A stretch of 64,000 nucleotides of DNA from Candidatus Aminicenantes bacterium. GTDB taxonomy: Bacteria; Acidobacteriota; Aminicenantia; Aminicenantales; JAFGBC01. How positions within the stretch are numbered: the first letter of the stretch is position 1; each line of letters starts with the position of its first letter. The stretch spans positions 1,088,001 through 1,152,000 of the forward strand of contig OY969696.1 in the NCBI GenBank assembly GCA_963702005.1, in the 5' to 3' direction. The notes below the pieces were generated by a model. The model was not told where the DNA came from. It saw only the letters and a list, made by a program, of their open reading frames with translations, and did not search any database. The position numbers were made by a program, and so were the translations under genes. Of the stretch, positions 1 through 9,004 are shown in pieces.

Positions 1-220
1 GCGGAAGGGCGGGGAAGCGGAACTGCCCGCTTGGATCGCTGACGGTCGATCGCGCGCCCATCAGGTTGGGGCTGGTCAGGGTCAGGTTCACGCCCGGAAG
101 CGGATTTCCCTGATCGTCGGCCACCCGGCCCTGGACGGCGCCGGTCTCCCGCGATTGGGCGAAGACGAGCGGAGACGCCAGGAGAGTCACAAGGACTGCG
201 CAAATGAGCGTTTTTCTCAT
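1..220 (-). CDS. TonB-dependent receptor-like protein, N-terminal part (signal peptide + carboxypeptidase regulatory-like domain); runs off the window
   Basis: Not in ORF track. Manual translation from ATG at 220 (RBS GGAGGGA) gives MRKTLICAVLVTLLASPLVFAQSRETGAVQGRVADDQGNPLPGVNLTLTSPNLMGARSTVSDPSGQFRFPALP, a typical CarboxypepD_reg N-terminus. Confidence 0.75.
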   Translation of the reverse strand, partial: MRKTLICAVLVTLLASPLVFAQSRETGAVQGRVADDQGNPLPGVNLTLTSPNLMGARSTVSDPSGQFRFPALP

Positions 221-441
221 TTATCCCTCCATTTGAGATTCCCAAAACCCGGTTGCCAAGGACTCCGCAATTTCGTTTTCTCCCAGGCTCACCTCCTTCA
301 GAGAAAGAAGAAAGAGATATCGCGTCGCGGTTCTCCTGAATGGGGAAATGGCCTTTAGAGGCCGGGGTTTAGTACATAAGCCATCCTGCTTATCTGGCGA
401 TGGCGGTCTCTCCGAATACTGGTGACCACTTTGGTGAGATT

Positions 442-471
442 ATTATCCGAAATACGGGAGGTCTTTGTCAA
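442..471 (-). promoter_or_regulatory. Putative sigma70 promoter TTGACA-N18-GATAAT for the TonB receptor; -35 supplied by repeat element end
   Basis: tgtcaa at 466-471 and attatc at 442-447 on the + strand. Confidence 0.5.
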
Positions 472-619
472 CCCCTCGACTCCCCGGCATGAATGCCGGG
501 GCTTGTTCGGGGTTAACCCTGAGCCGAGCTTCTCGTCCCCGCCTTTCAGGGGCGGCACACACGAACCGTTCCCGGTTCGTGCGTACTGCAAGGCTGGGTA
601 GCGTCGGCGAACGGGTCAA
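467..619 (-). mobile_element. TTGAC-bounded modular hairpin element, copy 1 (153 bp, non-autonomous)
   Basis: Reverse complement begins TTGACCCGTTCGCCGAC and ends GTCGAGGGGTTGAC, ends shared with other copies. Contains hairpins CCGCCCCTGAAAGGCGG, CCCCGGCATTCATGCCGGGG and a CAGTAC-stem module. Confidence 0.8.
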
Positions 620-627
620 GTCGGCCG

Positions 628-1776
628 TCAGCGGAGGCGTTCCCAGCCGACAAGGTATTTCAGGAGACGGCCCGCGTCGACGGTCACGCCCAAGCCCGGG
701 CCGGCCGGGACGGCGATGAATCCGTCGGAATCGAGCATGACCGGCGGGTCGGCGATATCTTCGCTGAAGTAGTTGCAGGTTTCCGACGTGTCGCCCGGGA
801 GGTTGAACTCCTCCACCGTCTGGAGATGGATGTTGACGGCGCGCCCGATCCCGGTCTCGTCCATCCCGCCCGACCAGACGCCGAGACCGTGATCCGCGGC
901 GAAGCGTGCGATCCGGATCGATTCCAGGAGCCCGCCGACGCGCCCCTGCTTGATGTTGATGATCCGGCAGGCGCCCAGGGCGACGGCCGCGGCCGCGTCG
1001 TCGAGGCCGTGTATGGATTCGTCGAGGCAGATCGGGGTGGCGATCTCCTTCTGGAGGATGGCGTGTTGATGGATGTCGTTATAGGACAGCGGTTGTTCGA
1101 TCATCATCAAGCCGAAGGCGTCCAGCCGCTTGAGGCGAGCGGCGTCCGCGAGCGTGTAGTCGCCGTTGGCGTCGACCATGAGCCGGAGGTCGGGAAAACG
1201 CTCCCGGACGGCGGCGACCCACTCGGCGTCCTGTCCTTTCTTGACCTTCATTTTGACCCGGTGGTATTTCTTGGCGACCGCCTCGGCGACGGCGCTTATC
1301 AGCTCGGCCTGCGTGTCTTTGAGCCCGATAGAGATGCCCGACATGATTTTGCGGGCCGGCCGGCCGAGAAGCTGATGGAGGGGGATTCCTTTTTTTAGCG
1401 CCGTCAGGATGGCCAGGCCGTTTTCAACCGTGGCCTTGGCCATTCCGTTGCCGCGGACGGGGCGGAACGCCAGGTCGAGGTCGCCGAAAGTCATCCCGGA
1501 CTCGATCGCGGGCAGCAGGAAATCCTTGATGATGGGACGGCAGGTCCCGGTCGTTTCCTGGAAATAATAGGGATCGGGGTCGGCGACGCACTCGCTCCAG
1601 GCGACGACGCCCTCCGATTCGAGGCGCATAAGGAGGGCTTCCTTGTGGGTCCAGACGTGGACGCTCGTCCCGAACGGAGTGACGAACGGCAGCCTGACCA
1701 CGACCAGGTCGATGTGGTCCGGGATCGCGACGGCCTGCTTCTCAAGAGACGGGATCGAGGACGGTACCCCGTTCAT
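628..1776 (-). CDS. menC: o-succinylbenzoate synthase / N-acyl(succinyl)amino acid racemase (enolase superfamily)
   Basis: KMK motif, metal ligands in DAN / EQP / DES, NIK, GGMDETG, PGDTS. Start at ATG 1776 after AAGGAGG. Confidence 0.8.
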   Translation of the reverse strand: MNGVPSSIPSLEKQAVAIPDHIDLVVVRLPFVTPFGTSVHVWTHKEALLMRLESEGVVAWSECVADPDPYYFQETTGTCRPIIKDFLLPAIESGMTFGDLDLAFRPVRGNGMAKATVENGLAILTALKKGIPLHQLLGRPARKIMSGISIGLKDTQAELISAVAEAVAKKYHRVKMKVKKGQDAEWVAAVRERFPDLRLMVDANGDYTLADAARLKRLDAFGLMMIEQPLSYNDIHQHAILQKEIATPICLDESIHGLDDAAAAVALGACRIINIKQGRVGGLLESIRIARFAADHGLGVWSGGMDETGIGRAVNIHLQTVEEFNLPGDTSETCNYFSEDIADPPVMLDSDGFIAVPAGPGLGVTVDAGRLLKYLVGWERLR

Positions 1777-1786
1777 GGGCTCCTCC

Positions 1787-3103
1787 TTAATAATAATACC
1801 CGCCCGGGCTGCCGGGGCCGCCGAATCCGCCGCCGAAGCGGGGGTTGACGACATTGCTATAGACGGACCCGAAGCTGTAGCTGAAGCCTACGGCCAGGAA
1901 ATAACTGTAGTCCGTGGCGAGCTCCTTGCGCCGCAGCAGGAGATCGTCGAGGCTGACCTCGCTCTTGCGGAGGGCCAGCTGGTCGTGGACGGCGGCGTAG
2001 CGTCCGTCCACGGTCAAGGCCAACCCCTTGAGAATCCTGAGCGACAGGCTGGCCGAGAGCCGAAGCCGGTTATAGCCGAAGTCGTGAAAATAGTGGGACC
2101 CCTCGGCCGAGATCTCGGCGTTCCCCCAGGGTTCGGTGAAGGACAGGGTCGCGGTCAGAATCTCGCTGAACACCGTTTGGGACAGCTTATCGTAGATGGT
2201 CTCCTCGAGATACTTGTTGTAGGAGACGGCGACGCGGTAGAGGAAGCGCAGCTGGCGCCGGGTCGCGTCGGAGTAGGGGAAGACGTCGTACTCAAGGGCC
2301 GGGGCGAGGCTGAACCCGGTCGCGATGTTGCTGTAGGTCGAATAGCTGAGGTTCGCGGTGCCGCCGGCCGACCAGTGATCGCCCAGGCTCCGGACGTAGA
2401 GCCCGTCCAACGACCGGGAGCGGGAGGAGCTTTCCTCTTTATAACCCTCGTAATCGAATTTGCTCTCGTCATAGCTCCCCGAGACTCCCAGGCGAAACTT
2501 GGAGGCGGGCGTCACCCGGCTGATGGAGACGTTGCCGTTGAGCGAGTTGTACTTGCGCGTCATTTCGCCGTTGAGCCGCCCGCGGGCGCTGAAGCTGAAC
2601 ACCCAAAAATCCCACTTGTCCACGACCGCCGTCGGCTTGAGGGTCCGTTCAGTGTTGAGGGACAGGATCCGGGAGATCGGCGTCCGGGCCGCGTAGGGGG
2701 CCAGCCCCAACTTCAGGATCTGGACCATGCCCTTCCGGATCTCGTCATCGGTTTCGGTGCGGTTCGAGTAGAACTTGAGCTCGTTGTTCAGGCTGGCGTA
2801 GCTTCCCAGCCCGATGAAGGCGATCGTGTATTCCCGGCCGCCGCCGCCGGTTCTCTGCTGGGTGATCAGGACGTGGACGTCGGCCTCGTTGCGGTCCCAG
2901 ACGTAGTTGACGAAGGTGATCTCGGTCCGGATATAGTCGATGTCGATGCGGCCGCCGTCGAGGAACACCTTGGGCGCGGCTTTCTTGAGGGCGTCCATTT
3001 CCTGGGCGTTGATTTCCTTCTTGACGTCGGTCGCGGCCGGAGAGGAGGTGGCCGCTGCTATGGAAAAAGCCGTAAGGAGGGCATAAACGGTTGCGCGCTT
3101 CAC
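1787..3103 (-). CDS. Exported hypothetical protein, probable outer-membrane beta-barrel
   Basis: Signal peptide after GTG 3103 (RBS AAGGAG), alternating aromatic beta strands, C-terminal VGFSYSFGSVYSNVVNPRF plus Gly-rich tail. Confidence 0.65.
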   Translation of the reverse strand: MKRATVYALLTAFSIAAATSSPAATDVKKEINAQEMDALKKAAPKVFLDGGRIDIDYIRTEITFVNYVWDRNEADVHVLITQQRTGGGGREYTIAFIGLGSYASLNNELKFYSNRTETDDEIRKGMVQILKLGLAPYAARTPISRILSLNTERTLKPTAVVDKWDFWVFSFSARGRLNGEMTRKYNSLNGNVSISRVTPASKFRLGVSGSYDESKFDYEGYKEESSSRSRSLDGLYVRSLGDHWSAGGTANLSYSTYSNIATGFSLAPALEYDVFPYSDATRRQLRFLYRVAVSYNKYLEETIYDKLSQTVFSEILTATLSFTEPWGNAEISAEGSHYFHDFGYNRLRLSASLSLRILKGLALTVDGRYAAVHDQLALRKSEVSLDDLLLRRKELATDYSYFLAVGFSYSFGSVYSNVVNPRFGGGFGGPGSPGGYYY

Positions 3104-3177
3104 TTTGTAACTCCTTGGAGTCATCCATTATAGACAGTTTCCCGCCGCCCGTCCATGCGCCGGAATTCAAAAAAAAC

Positions 3178-3206
3178 TTGAAATTATATGGGGGCTGTAA
3201 TATAAA
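3178..3206 (+). promoter_or_regulatory. Putative promoter of the polysaccharide operon, TTGAAA-N17-TATAAA
   Basis: Sequence match upstream of wzx. Confidence 0.4.
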
Positions 3207-3407
3207 GAAAAAGAGAAGGGAGAGGGAGAATTGTTGAAAGGTTCCAACGCGATAAGCTTTCCCGGACAACAAGCTGATTTTGGGGTATTGTCCGGCTTTT
3301 TTTGAGACTTTTTAGGGAACCGCAGCCTCCGACGGTAAACGGGCGTTGCAAGGCGCCCGATCGGGAGATCGTGTTTTTGTCGTTCGGGCCGATGTGTGCT
3401 TTTCTCT

Positions 3408-3421
3408 CCAAGGGCGGTAGC
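3408..3421 (+). promoter_or_regulatory. ops/JUMPstart-like element CCAAGGGCGGTAGC
   Basis: GGCGGTAG core (3413-3420) ends 9 nt upstream of the first polysaccharide gene, which lacks an obvious Shine-Dalgarno. Confidence 0.45.
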
Positions 3422-3429
3422 CTATCTTA

Positions 3430-4689
3430 ATGACAAAAAATCTATCTTTAAGAAACAATATATTTTGGGCATTGGTGGCGAACGGCATTAACGCCGCTTT
3501 CAGCTGGCTGATGCTCATGGCACTGACTAAGGCTGCAGATGTCAACGTCGTTGGGCTTTTCGCTTTAGCCCAAGCTGTAGCTTTGCCGATTCACACGTTT
3601 TTTACGTTCAAGCTTAGAGTTGTCCAATCAACGGACCATTTGGCCGAATTTTCTGATGATGAATATAGAAATTTCCGCATTTTTTCGGGAATTTTGAATT
3701 TCCTAGCAGCCGCTTTAATTACGCTGCTTCTTTATCGAGGAGGGACTCTCACGGTCATTTTAATTACGTCCCTTGGATACTCTTTCGTCATTTACAGGGA
3801 ATTTTATATATCGCTCCTACAAAAGCATGAAAGAAATGACTTGATTTCCTTCTCCAATTTAGTCCAAGGGTTGAGCGCCCTCGCTTTTTTACTCATCGGC
3901 TACTTAGTGACGAAAGATCTCAGGGGGGGGATAGTAGGTATTTTAGCGGCTCGAGCTTTTTTTACGATTACTGTCGACCGACGCCTCTCGGCTAAGTATG
4001 CTTCTTGGGGAAAAGTAACATGTTCCGACAGCGTTGGTAATCGGGAATATCGAAAAAGACTTTTAAAATTATTCCATGTGGGCCTTCCGATGGGAGGAGT
4101 AGCTCTGTTAGGAACCCTTTTTACCAGTATCCCGAGACTCGTTCTTGATAAAGCCGTGGATAGGTATAGTGTCGGTATCTATGCGGCGCTCGCTTCTTTG
4201 ATTGTCGTGATGAATCTTTTTGTCAATTCGCTTGGGCAATCAATAGCGCCGAGATTAGCGCGGATTTATCATGAAAACCGCAGCGATTTCCAAAAAAAAA
4301 TAATCGGCCTCTTATCGGCAAGTATAATCTTTATCATCGGTTGGATCGCCGTTTGTTCCCTTTTCGGGAGAACGTTGCTCTCCGTGATATTTAAGCCGGA
4401 ATACGCAGACTATAATCCGACTTTTATCAAATTGATGGTTGCCGGCGGTATACTTGCCCTTTTCTCAATTATGATCATCGCCGTTTCCGCTCAGCGATCT
4501 TTTAAAATCCAGTTTGGCATCTATCTCGTTAGCACAATAGTTTTGCTCATGACGTCGATTGTATTAATTCCTAGGTATAAAATCGACGGCGCGGTTTATT
4601 CCTTCGCTCTATGCAATCTATCCGGGCTTATCTTAAGTTCTGTCGTTTTTATTCGGAATATGAGACAAGAAGTCGTGGGTCATGTATAG
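3430..4689 (+). CDS. wzx: Polysaccharide flippase (Wzx)
   Basis: About 12 hydrophobic segments, LRNNIFW...N start, PRLVLD..VGIYAA, first gene of the EPS cluster. Confidence 0.85.
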   Translation: MTKNLSLRNNIFWALVANGINAAFSWLMLMALTKAADVNVVGLFALAQAVALPIHTFFTFKLRVVQSTDHLAEFSDDEYRNFRIFSGILNFLAAALITLLLYRGGTLTVILITSLGYSFVIYREFYISLLQKHERNDLISFSNLVQGLSALAFLLIGYLVTKDLRGGIVGILAARAFFTITVDRRLSAKYASWGKVTCSDSVGNREYRKRLLKLFHVGLPMGGVALLGTLFTSIPRLVLDKAVDRYSVGIYAALASLIVVMNLFVNSLGQSIAPRLARIYHENRSDFQKKIIGLLSASIIFIIGWIAVCSLFGRTLLSVIFKPEYADYNPTFIKLMVAGGILALFSIMIIAVSAQRSFKIQFGIYLVSTIVLLMTSIVLIPRYKIDGAVYSFALCNLSGLILSSVVFIRNMRQEVVGHV

Positions 4690-5230
4690 CGATATCTGCG
4701 AGGATTATCGGGCTTATTCAAAAAATAATGCTTCCTTTCTAAGAATTGTACTAGCTTTTCTACAAATTGCCGGCTTCCGAGCAAGCGTATTGTACCGACT
4801 TGGCCACCGGCATTGGGTGAAAAAGCACAGGCTGCGCGCGGCTGTTTATACGCGGATGATCCGTGGTTCATGCCACATGGATATCGAACTGGGTGCAAGG
4901 ATCGGTCCCGGTATCTGTTTCCCTCACACGTGGGGGATTGTCATCGGGGGCAAATGCATAGTCGGAAAAAATTGCCGAATCATGCAGGGAGTAACTTTGG
5001 GGGGAAGCCTGGGTAGAAAGAGACCAAGTGGACAAAGCCAGCCCGTCATAGGTGATCTTGTACACATCGGTCCGGGTGCTAAAGTGATGGGCCCGATTAA
5101 TGTGGGGGATAGGGCGAAAATTGGGCCAAATTCTGTCGTTCTAGAAAACGTTCCGCCGGGAATTTCAGTATTTGGGATTCCAGCGAAAAACATTTTTTCA
5201 TTATGTACAGAAATAGAGGAAGCTGAGTGA
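4682..5230 (+). CDS. Serine O-acetyltransferase-like (CysE/hexapeptide) polysaccharide acetyltransferase
   Basis: ARIGPGICFPH..GIVIG..IMQGVTLG..PVIGD.VHIGPGAKV hexapeptide repeats, GIPAK. Confidence 0.85.
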   Translation: MYSDICEDYRAYSKNNASFLRIVLAFLQIAGFRASVLYRLGHRHWVKKHRLRAAVYTRMIRGSCHMDIELGARIGPGICFPHTWGIVIGGKCIVGKNCRIMQGVTLGGSLGRKRPSGQSQPVIGDLVHIGPGAKVMGPINVGDRAKIGPNSVVLENVPPGISVFGIPAKNIFSLCTEIEEAE

Positions 5231-5374
5231 AGGGCGGATTTTATATGGCGGAGAAACGCATTTTTTTCATTTGCTGGGTTCGATTAAATCTCCCACGTTA
5301 GGCAACCTTAATAATTCAAGAGCATTGAAGAGCATGCTTAGGAAGGTGCATATCCTAGCTTCAGGAGAATCTGA

Positions 5375-6793
5375 TTGAGGAGATTGTTTTCAAGAAAAAT
5401 ATATCTTCCTCTCTGTTTTATAATAACTCTGCTTGGTTTCTTGTCTTATAAAGGTACATATATAGATGATGCGAGCTTGGCTATGCCGTTATTCTGTGCC
5501 ATGCTCCTTATTTTTTTCCTCTTAGGCGAAAAGCTCTTGATCGAACGCCAAGGAAGGGATTTTTTAGAACCGGATTTAGTTTTTTTCATAATATTCTTTA
5601 TTTTTCATTTCTCCTATATTGCTCTTCTTTACCTTGGGCTAGCTGCCTATGATAAAGAAGTATTTTATAATCCTGATATTGTGCCAAGAGCGCTCTATTT
5701 TTGTATATTTTGTCTAATTGGCTTTCTTGTCGGATATGGCCGACCCGTAGGTTTTCCCCGGAAGTTGGAGCCGAAAGATATACGATATTTCGTAGAAAAG
5801 GCCTTTTTCTTTTCGAAAATATTGCTAATTCTTTGTTTACTTTTCTTTTGGATCCCGCTCCTCATCACAGGGAATGAGGTGTTTTATGATTATAAGTTGC
5901 TCATCGCCGTTGGCGAAGCATCCAGCTTAGGAAAACTGTTTTGGCTCGGTCAATATCTTGGTGTCGCGGCTATCGCTCTCTTTTGTGTTTCCGGCGGGAT
6001 CTTATATAGAAAATGCATGAAGGGACCTTTTAAATATTTAGCAATATTTTATATAGGGAGCTTCTTGATCATCGGCGATAGGGGCGGTTTCGTTTATATG
6101 GCTATCACTCCTATGTTGGTCTTTAACCTTTTTCAGACGAAGCTTTCTGGCAAGAAACTCACAGCAATCTTACTTCTATTCTTATTGATAATTCCGATCA
6201 TAGCTTTTGCTAGAACTAAATCCATCTTCAATCCCATCCAAATGGTAAGAACCTATTCCGAGAACGACCCAGAATCTTTCGTGGTGAGTTCCTTAAGCGA
6301 GCTTGGTTCTACATTGAAAACTGTAGTCATTGCAATGTACTTAATACCGGAGAGGTATAATTATTGGAATGGAAGTTCCTATCTTTATTCTTTTTCTTTA
6401 ATTCTGCCTAAAATATCTGGAAAAAGATCCTCATCTGGATCGCCCGGAGCTTGGCTTACTGAGATGACGTTTGGTGACCTTAGTAAAACTCACGGGCGAG
6501 GTGGATCTATTGCTATGGAGGCTTATCAAAATTTTGGATTTATCGTAGGAATCCTATTTTTTCTCTTTTTGGGTTATACACTAAAAAAAACATATGTTTA
6601 CTTTCTGCGAAACACGACTATCTTAGCCGGCGTCCTCTATTTTTCGGCAATGGCATGCTTCGCTTTGTGGATACGGAATACCAGCGCTGTAACATTCCGG
6701 ACAATCGCATGGTCATTTCTAATAGTCTATTTTTTTCGGAAGATTGTTCTTATTGGATACAAGAGAACCACTTTACGTCGATCAGCAAAATGA
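5375..6793 (+). CDS. wzy: Oligosaccharide repeat-unit polymerase (Wzy)
   Basis: Multi-TM protein, GDRG motif, EAYQNFGFIVG motif, located in EPS cluster. Confidence 0.75.
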   Translation: MRRLFSRKIYLPLCFIITLLGFLSYKGTYIDDASLAMPLFCAMLLIFFLLGEKLLIERQGRDFLEPDLVFFIIFFIFHFSYIALLYLGLAAYDKEVFYNPDIVPRALYFCIFCLIGFLVGYGRPVGFPRKLEPKDIRYFVEKAFFFSKILLILCLLFFWIPLLITGNEVFYDYKLLIAVGEASSLGKLFWLGQYLGVAAIALFCVSGGILYRKCMKGPFKYLAIFYIGSFLIIGDRGGFVYMAITPMLVFNLFQTKLSGKKLTAILLLFLLIIPIIAFARTKSIFNPIQMVRTYSENDPESFVVSSLSELGSTLKTVVIAMYLIPERYNYWNGSSYLYSFSLILPKISGKRSSSGSPGAWLTEMTFGDLSKTHGRGGSIAMEAYQNFGFIVGILFFLFLGYTLKKTYVYFLRNTTILAGVLYFSAMACFALWIRNTSAVTFRTIAWSFLIVYFFRKIVLIGYKRTTLRRSAK

Positions 6794-7974
6794 AAGCTGC
6801 TTTTTTTGACTTCACGATCAATTTCGGGGGAGCTCCTCAGGGAACAGTATCGCTTGCCGGCCGGCTAGGGAGTTTCTCTGAAATTCATATAATTGATGTC
6901 TATGGATCCTGTGCCGAGTATATCCGTAAGATCAGGCAATCAAAACTGCTCCTCCATATCTTATACCCCGAAGGAAAAAGAGTTTTTATCGGCAACCAAG
7001 GCAAGCCGCTTAATAGGATTATTTCCATAATTGCGCAATTACATGATTTTTGGAAGATTCGAAAAAGACTGAAAAAAACTCTCAACGAAATACACCCAGA
7101 TCTTGTCTGGGTCAACAATGAAAAATCACTCGTCTTTCTATTGGGGCCGCTTCTTCTTTCAAAAATTCCAATAGTGCTTTATTATCGCGGGTGGGGGACG
7201 CGGGATCAAATTGGCTTCTTCTTCAGGTTCCTAATTAAATCCAGGGTGACTAGCGTCGCAGTTCATTCTAGAGAGACGGCAGCTAAGCTCATCTCTTACG
7301 GAATATCAGAGAGTAAAATATTTATTACGCCCAATGCGGTTAACATTTCAATAACTAGAGCAGAGGCGATTAAAAATCCTCCGGACATTCCCGGACTCGA
7401 TAAGCCCTTAAAAATATTGCTGCCCGCGGCTCGGCCGATTCTCGAAAAGGGACATCTTGTCGCCGTTAAGGCCCTAAGGAGGCTTCTCGATAAGGGTCTC
7501 GACCCCATTCTTTGGCTTCCTGGAATCATTCCGGTCGGCGTAAACGATGATTTTCTGGCTGGGCTTAAAGCTGAGATCTCGCACCTAGGGCTGGAGCCGT
7601 ATGTCCATTTTATTGGCTGGCGGGATGATATTCAGAAGATCATTGCCTGGTCTGATGTCGTTATCCTCCCGAGTCACACGGAAGGATTCCCTCGAGTGAT
7701 AATTGAAGCGATGCTTCTAGATGTTCCAGTCTGTGCGACGCCTGTCGGGGGAATTCCTGAAGCCATTACGGAAGGGAAGACAGGTTTTCTTATCGATATA
7801 GATGATGACAAGATGCTTGCAGATCGCATCGATCTCGTAACACGAGACAAAGACCTTAGAAAGCGTATTATTAGGGAGGCAAGAGCTATGGCCTCTGTCT
7901 TATTCAATCCCGATAAACAAGCGGAAGCAATCATGGATTATTTCAATAGGATTGCCTTTAGCAATGGCAGATGA
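6790..7974 (+). CDS. Glycosyltransferase family 4
   Basis: EKGH, LPSHTEGFPRVIIEAM, VGGIPEAI motifs; ATG 6790 overlaps the wzy stop. Confidence 0.9.
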   Translation: MKAAFFDFTINFGGAPQGTVSLAGRLGSFSEIHIIDVYGSCAEYIRKIRQSKLLLHILYPEGKRVFIGNQGKPLNRIISIIAQLHDFWKIRKRLKKTLNEIHPDLVWVNNEKSLVFLLGPLLLSKIPIVLYYRGWGTRDQIGFFFRFLIKSRVTSVAVHSRETAAKLISYGISESKIFITPNAVNISITRAEAIKNPPDIPGLDKPLKILLPAARPILEKGHLVAVKALRRLLDKGLDPILWLPGIIPVGVNDDFLAGLKAEISHLGLEPYVHFIGWRDDIQKIIAWSDVVILPSHTEGFPRVIIEAMLLDVPVCATPVGGIPEAITEGKTGFLIDIDDDKMLADRIDLVTRDKDLRKRIIREARAMASVLFNPDKQAEAIMDYFNRIAFSNGR

Positions 7975-8869
7975 TAAGGCATCATCTCCACTTGTATCGA
8001 TTATGATGCCGGCGTATAATGCGCAGAAAACTATTGCTTTTGCCTTGGCTTCCCTGTTAGCGCAGACCTATCCAAACTGGGAATGCATCGTCGTTGATGA
8101 TGGTTCTATAGACGATACGATAAAGAAGGTTCAGTCTTTCCAAGATCCAAGAATTCATGTTGTAAAACTCGGCAAGAATCAGGGCAGGGGCGTTGCGCGG
8201 CAAAGGGCTCTCGAAGAGGTGCGAGGCGAGTTCATAGGAATGCTCGATGCTGATGATTGGATTTATCCAGACAAATTAGAGAAACAAGTAAGGGTGTTAT
8301 TAGATAATAAAGATGTTTCTCTTGTCAGTAGCGGCATGGCTATAATTGATTCTAGTAATAATCTTTGTGGCATTAGATGTTTAGGGAACGGGAAAAAACA
8401 GGTATATTCAAAACCGGGCAGAGTCCCGGTGGCTCATGCCCCTTCTATCTTTAGAAAAAAGGAGGTAGGGAGTATTTGTTATGATTTCCGCCTTAAGCTT
8501 TCTCAGGACGTTGATTTTTTACGGAACTACTTATTGGGACGGAAGTATTTGGTATTACCCTGCATAGGTTATGCTTACAGGGAAGTAGGACGTTCAAGAT
8601 TACAAAGGACGATAAAAGGATATTTTTTTAATATTTACGGCCTTACCAAATTTATTACTATGAGGCCGTTCTTGATTGGCATCGAGATAGTGAAAGAGTT
8701 ATGGAAAATATTGCTGACTGTTCTCATCAGCAGCCTTGGTCTTTTTAATTATCTTATTCAAAAGAGGTCTCGTCGGCCCTTCAATGTAGAAGAAAGTGAA
8801 TTCGGAATAGCAAGAAATAATATTGAAAAGCTAATTGAACGATATCATTTTGTAGATAACCAACGATAA
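7964..8869 (+). CDS. Glycosyltransferase family 2
   Basis: LVSIMMPAYN, VVDDGS.DDT, LDADD, QDVDF. Confidence 0.9.
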   Translation: MADDKASSPLVSIMMPAYNAQKTIAFALASLLAQTYPNWECIVVDDGSIDDTIKKVQSFQDPRIHVVKLGKNQGRGVARQRALEEVRGEFIGMLDADDWIYPDKLEKQVRVLLDNKDVSLVSSGMAIIDSSNNLCGIRCLGNGKKQVYSKPGRVPVAHAPSIFRKKEVGSICYDFRLKLSQDVDFLRNYLLGRKYLVLPCIGYAYREVGRSRLQRTIKGYFFNIYGLTKFITMRPFLIGIEIVKELWKILLTVLISSLGLFNYLIQKRSRRPFNVEESEFGIARNNIEKLIERYHFVDNQR

Positions 8870-9004
8870 ATAAATTTCTGAATATTTCGTTATCGATACT
8901 TGATAAATGAAATTTTAGGTTGTTTTTAGAACGGTGATTATAATTAAACAAATAAAATATTCCGTTTTTTGAGCGGCAATTAATAAATAGTTGAAAAATG
9001 GGCC

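Noticed and set aside
467-505. Resemblance of GTCAA...CCCCGGC..GCCGGGGCTTG to the HEARO/IscB omega-RNA 5' end
   Set aside because: No IscB/TnpB ORF or extended RNA scaffold follows; treated only as a shared IS200/IS605-type end hairpin
355-719. Short ORFs 355-591 (-) and 465-719 (+), and the N-terminal extensions of ORFs starting at 26968, 47273 and 60569
   Set aside because: They run through or start inside the non-coding hairpin elements; no RBS or recognisable domains
1643-3133. Long antisense ORFs (also 14433-15731, 16415-17872, 18179-20230, 39132-41084, 52831-54954, 56787-58514, 60611-62233)
   Set aside because: Shadow frames of high-GC genes with clear family motifs on the other strand
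3923-4300. G8 (3923-3930) and A9 (4292-4300) tracts in wzx as phase-variation sites
   Set aside because: Frame is intact, tracts are short and wzx is an unlikely switch; no evidence of slippage without reads
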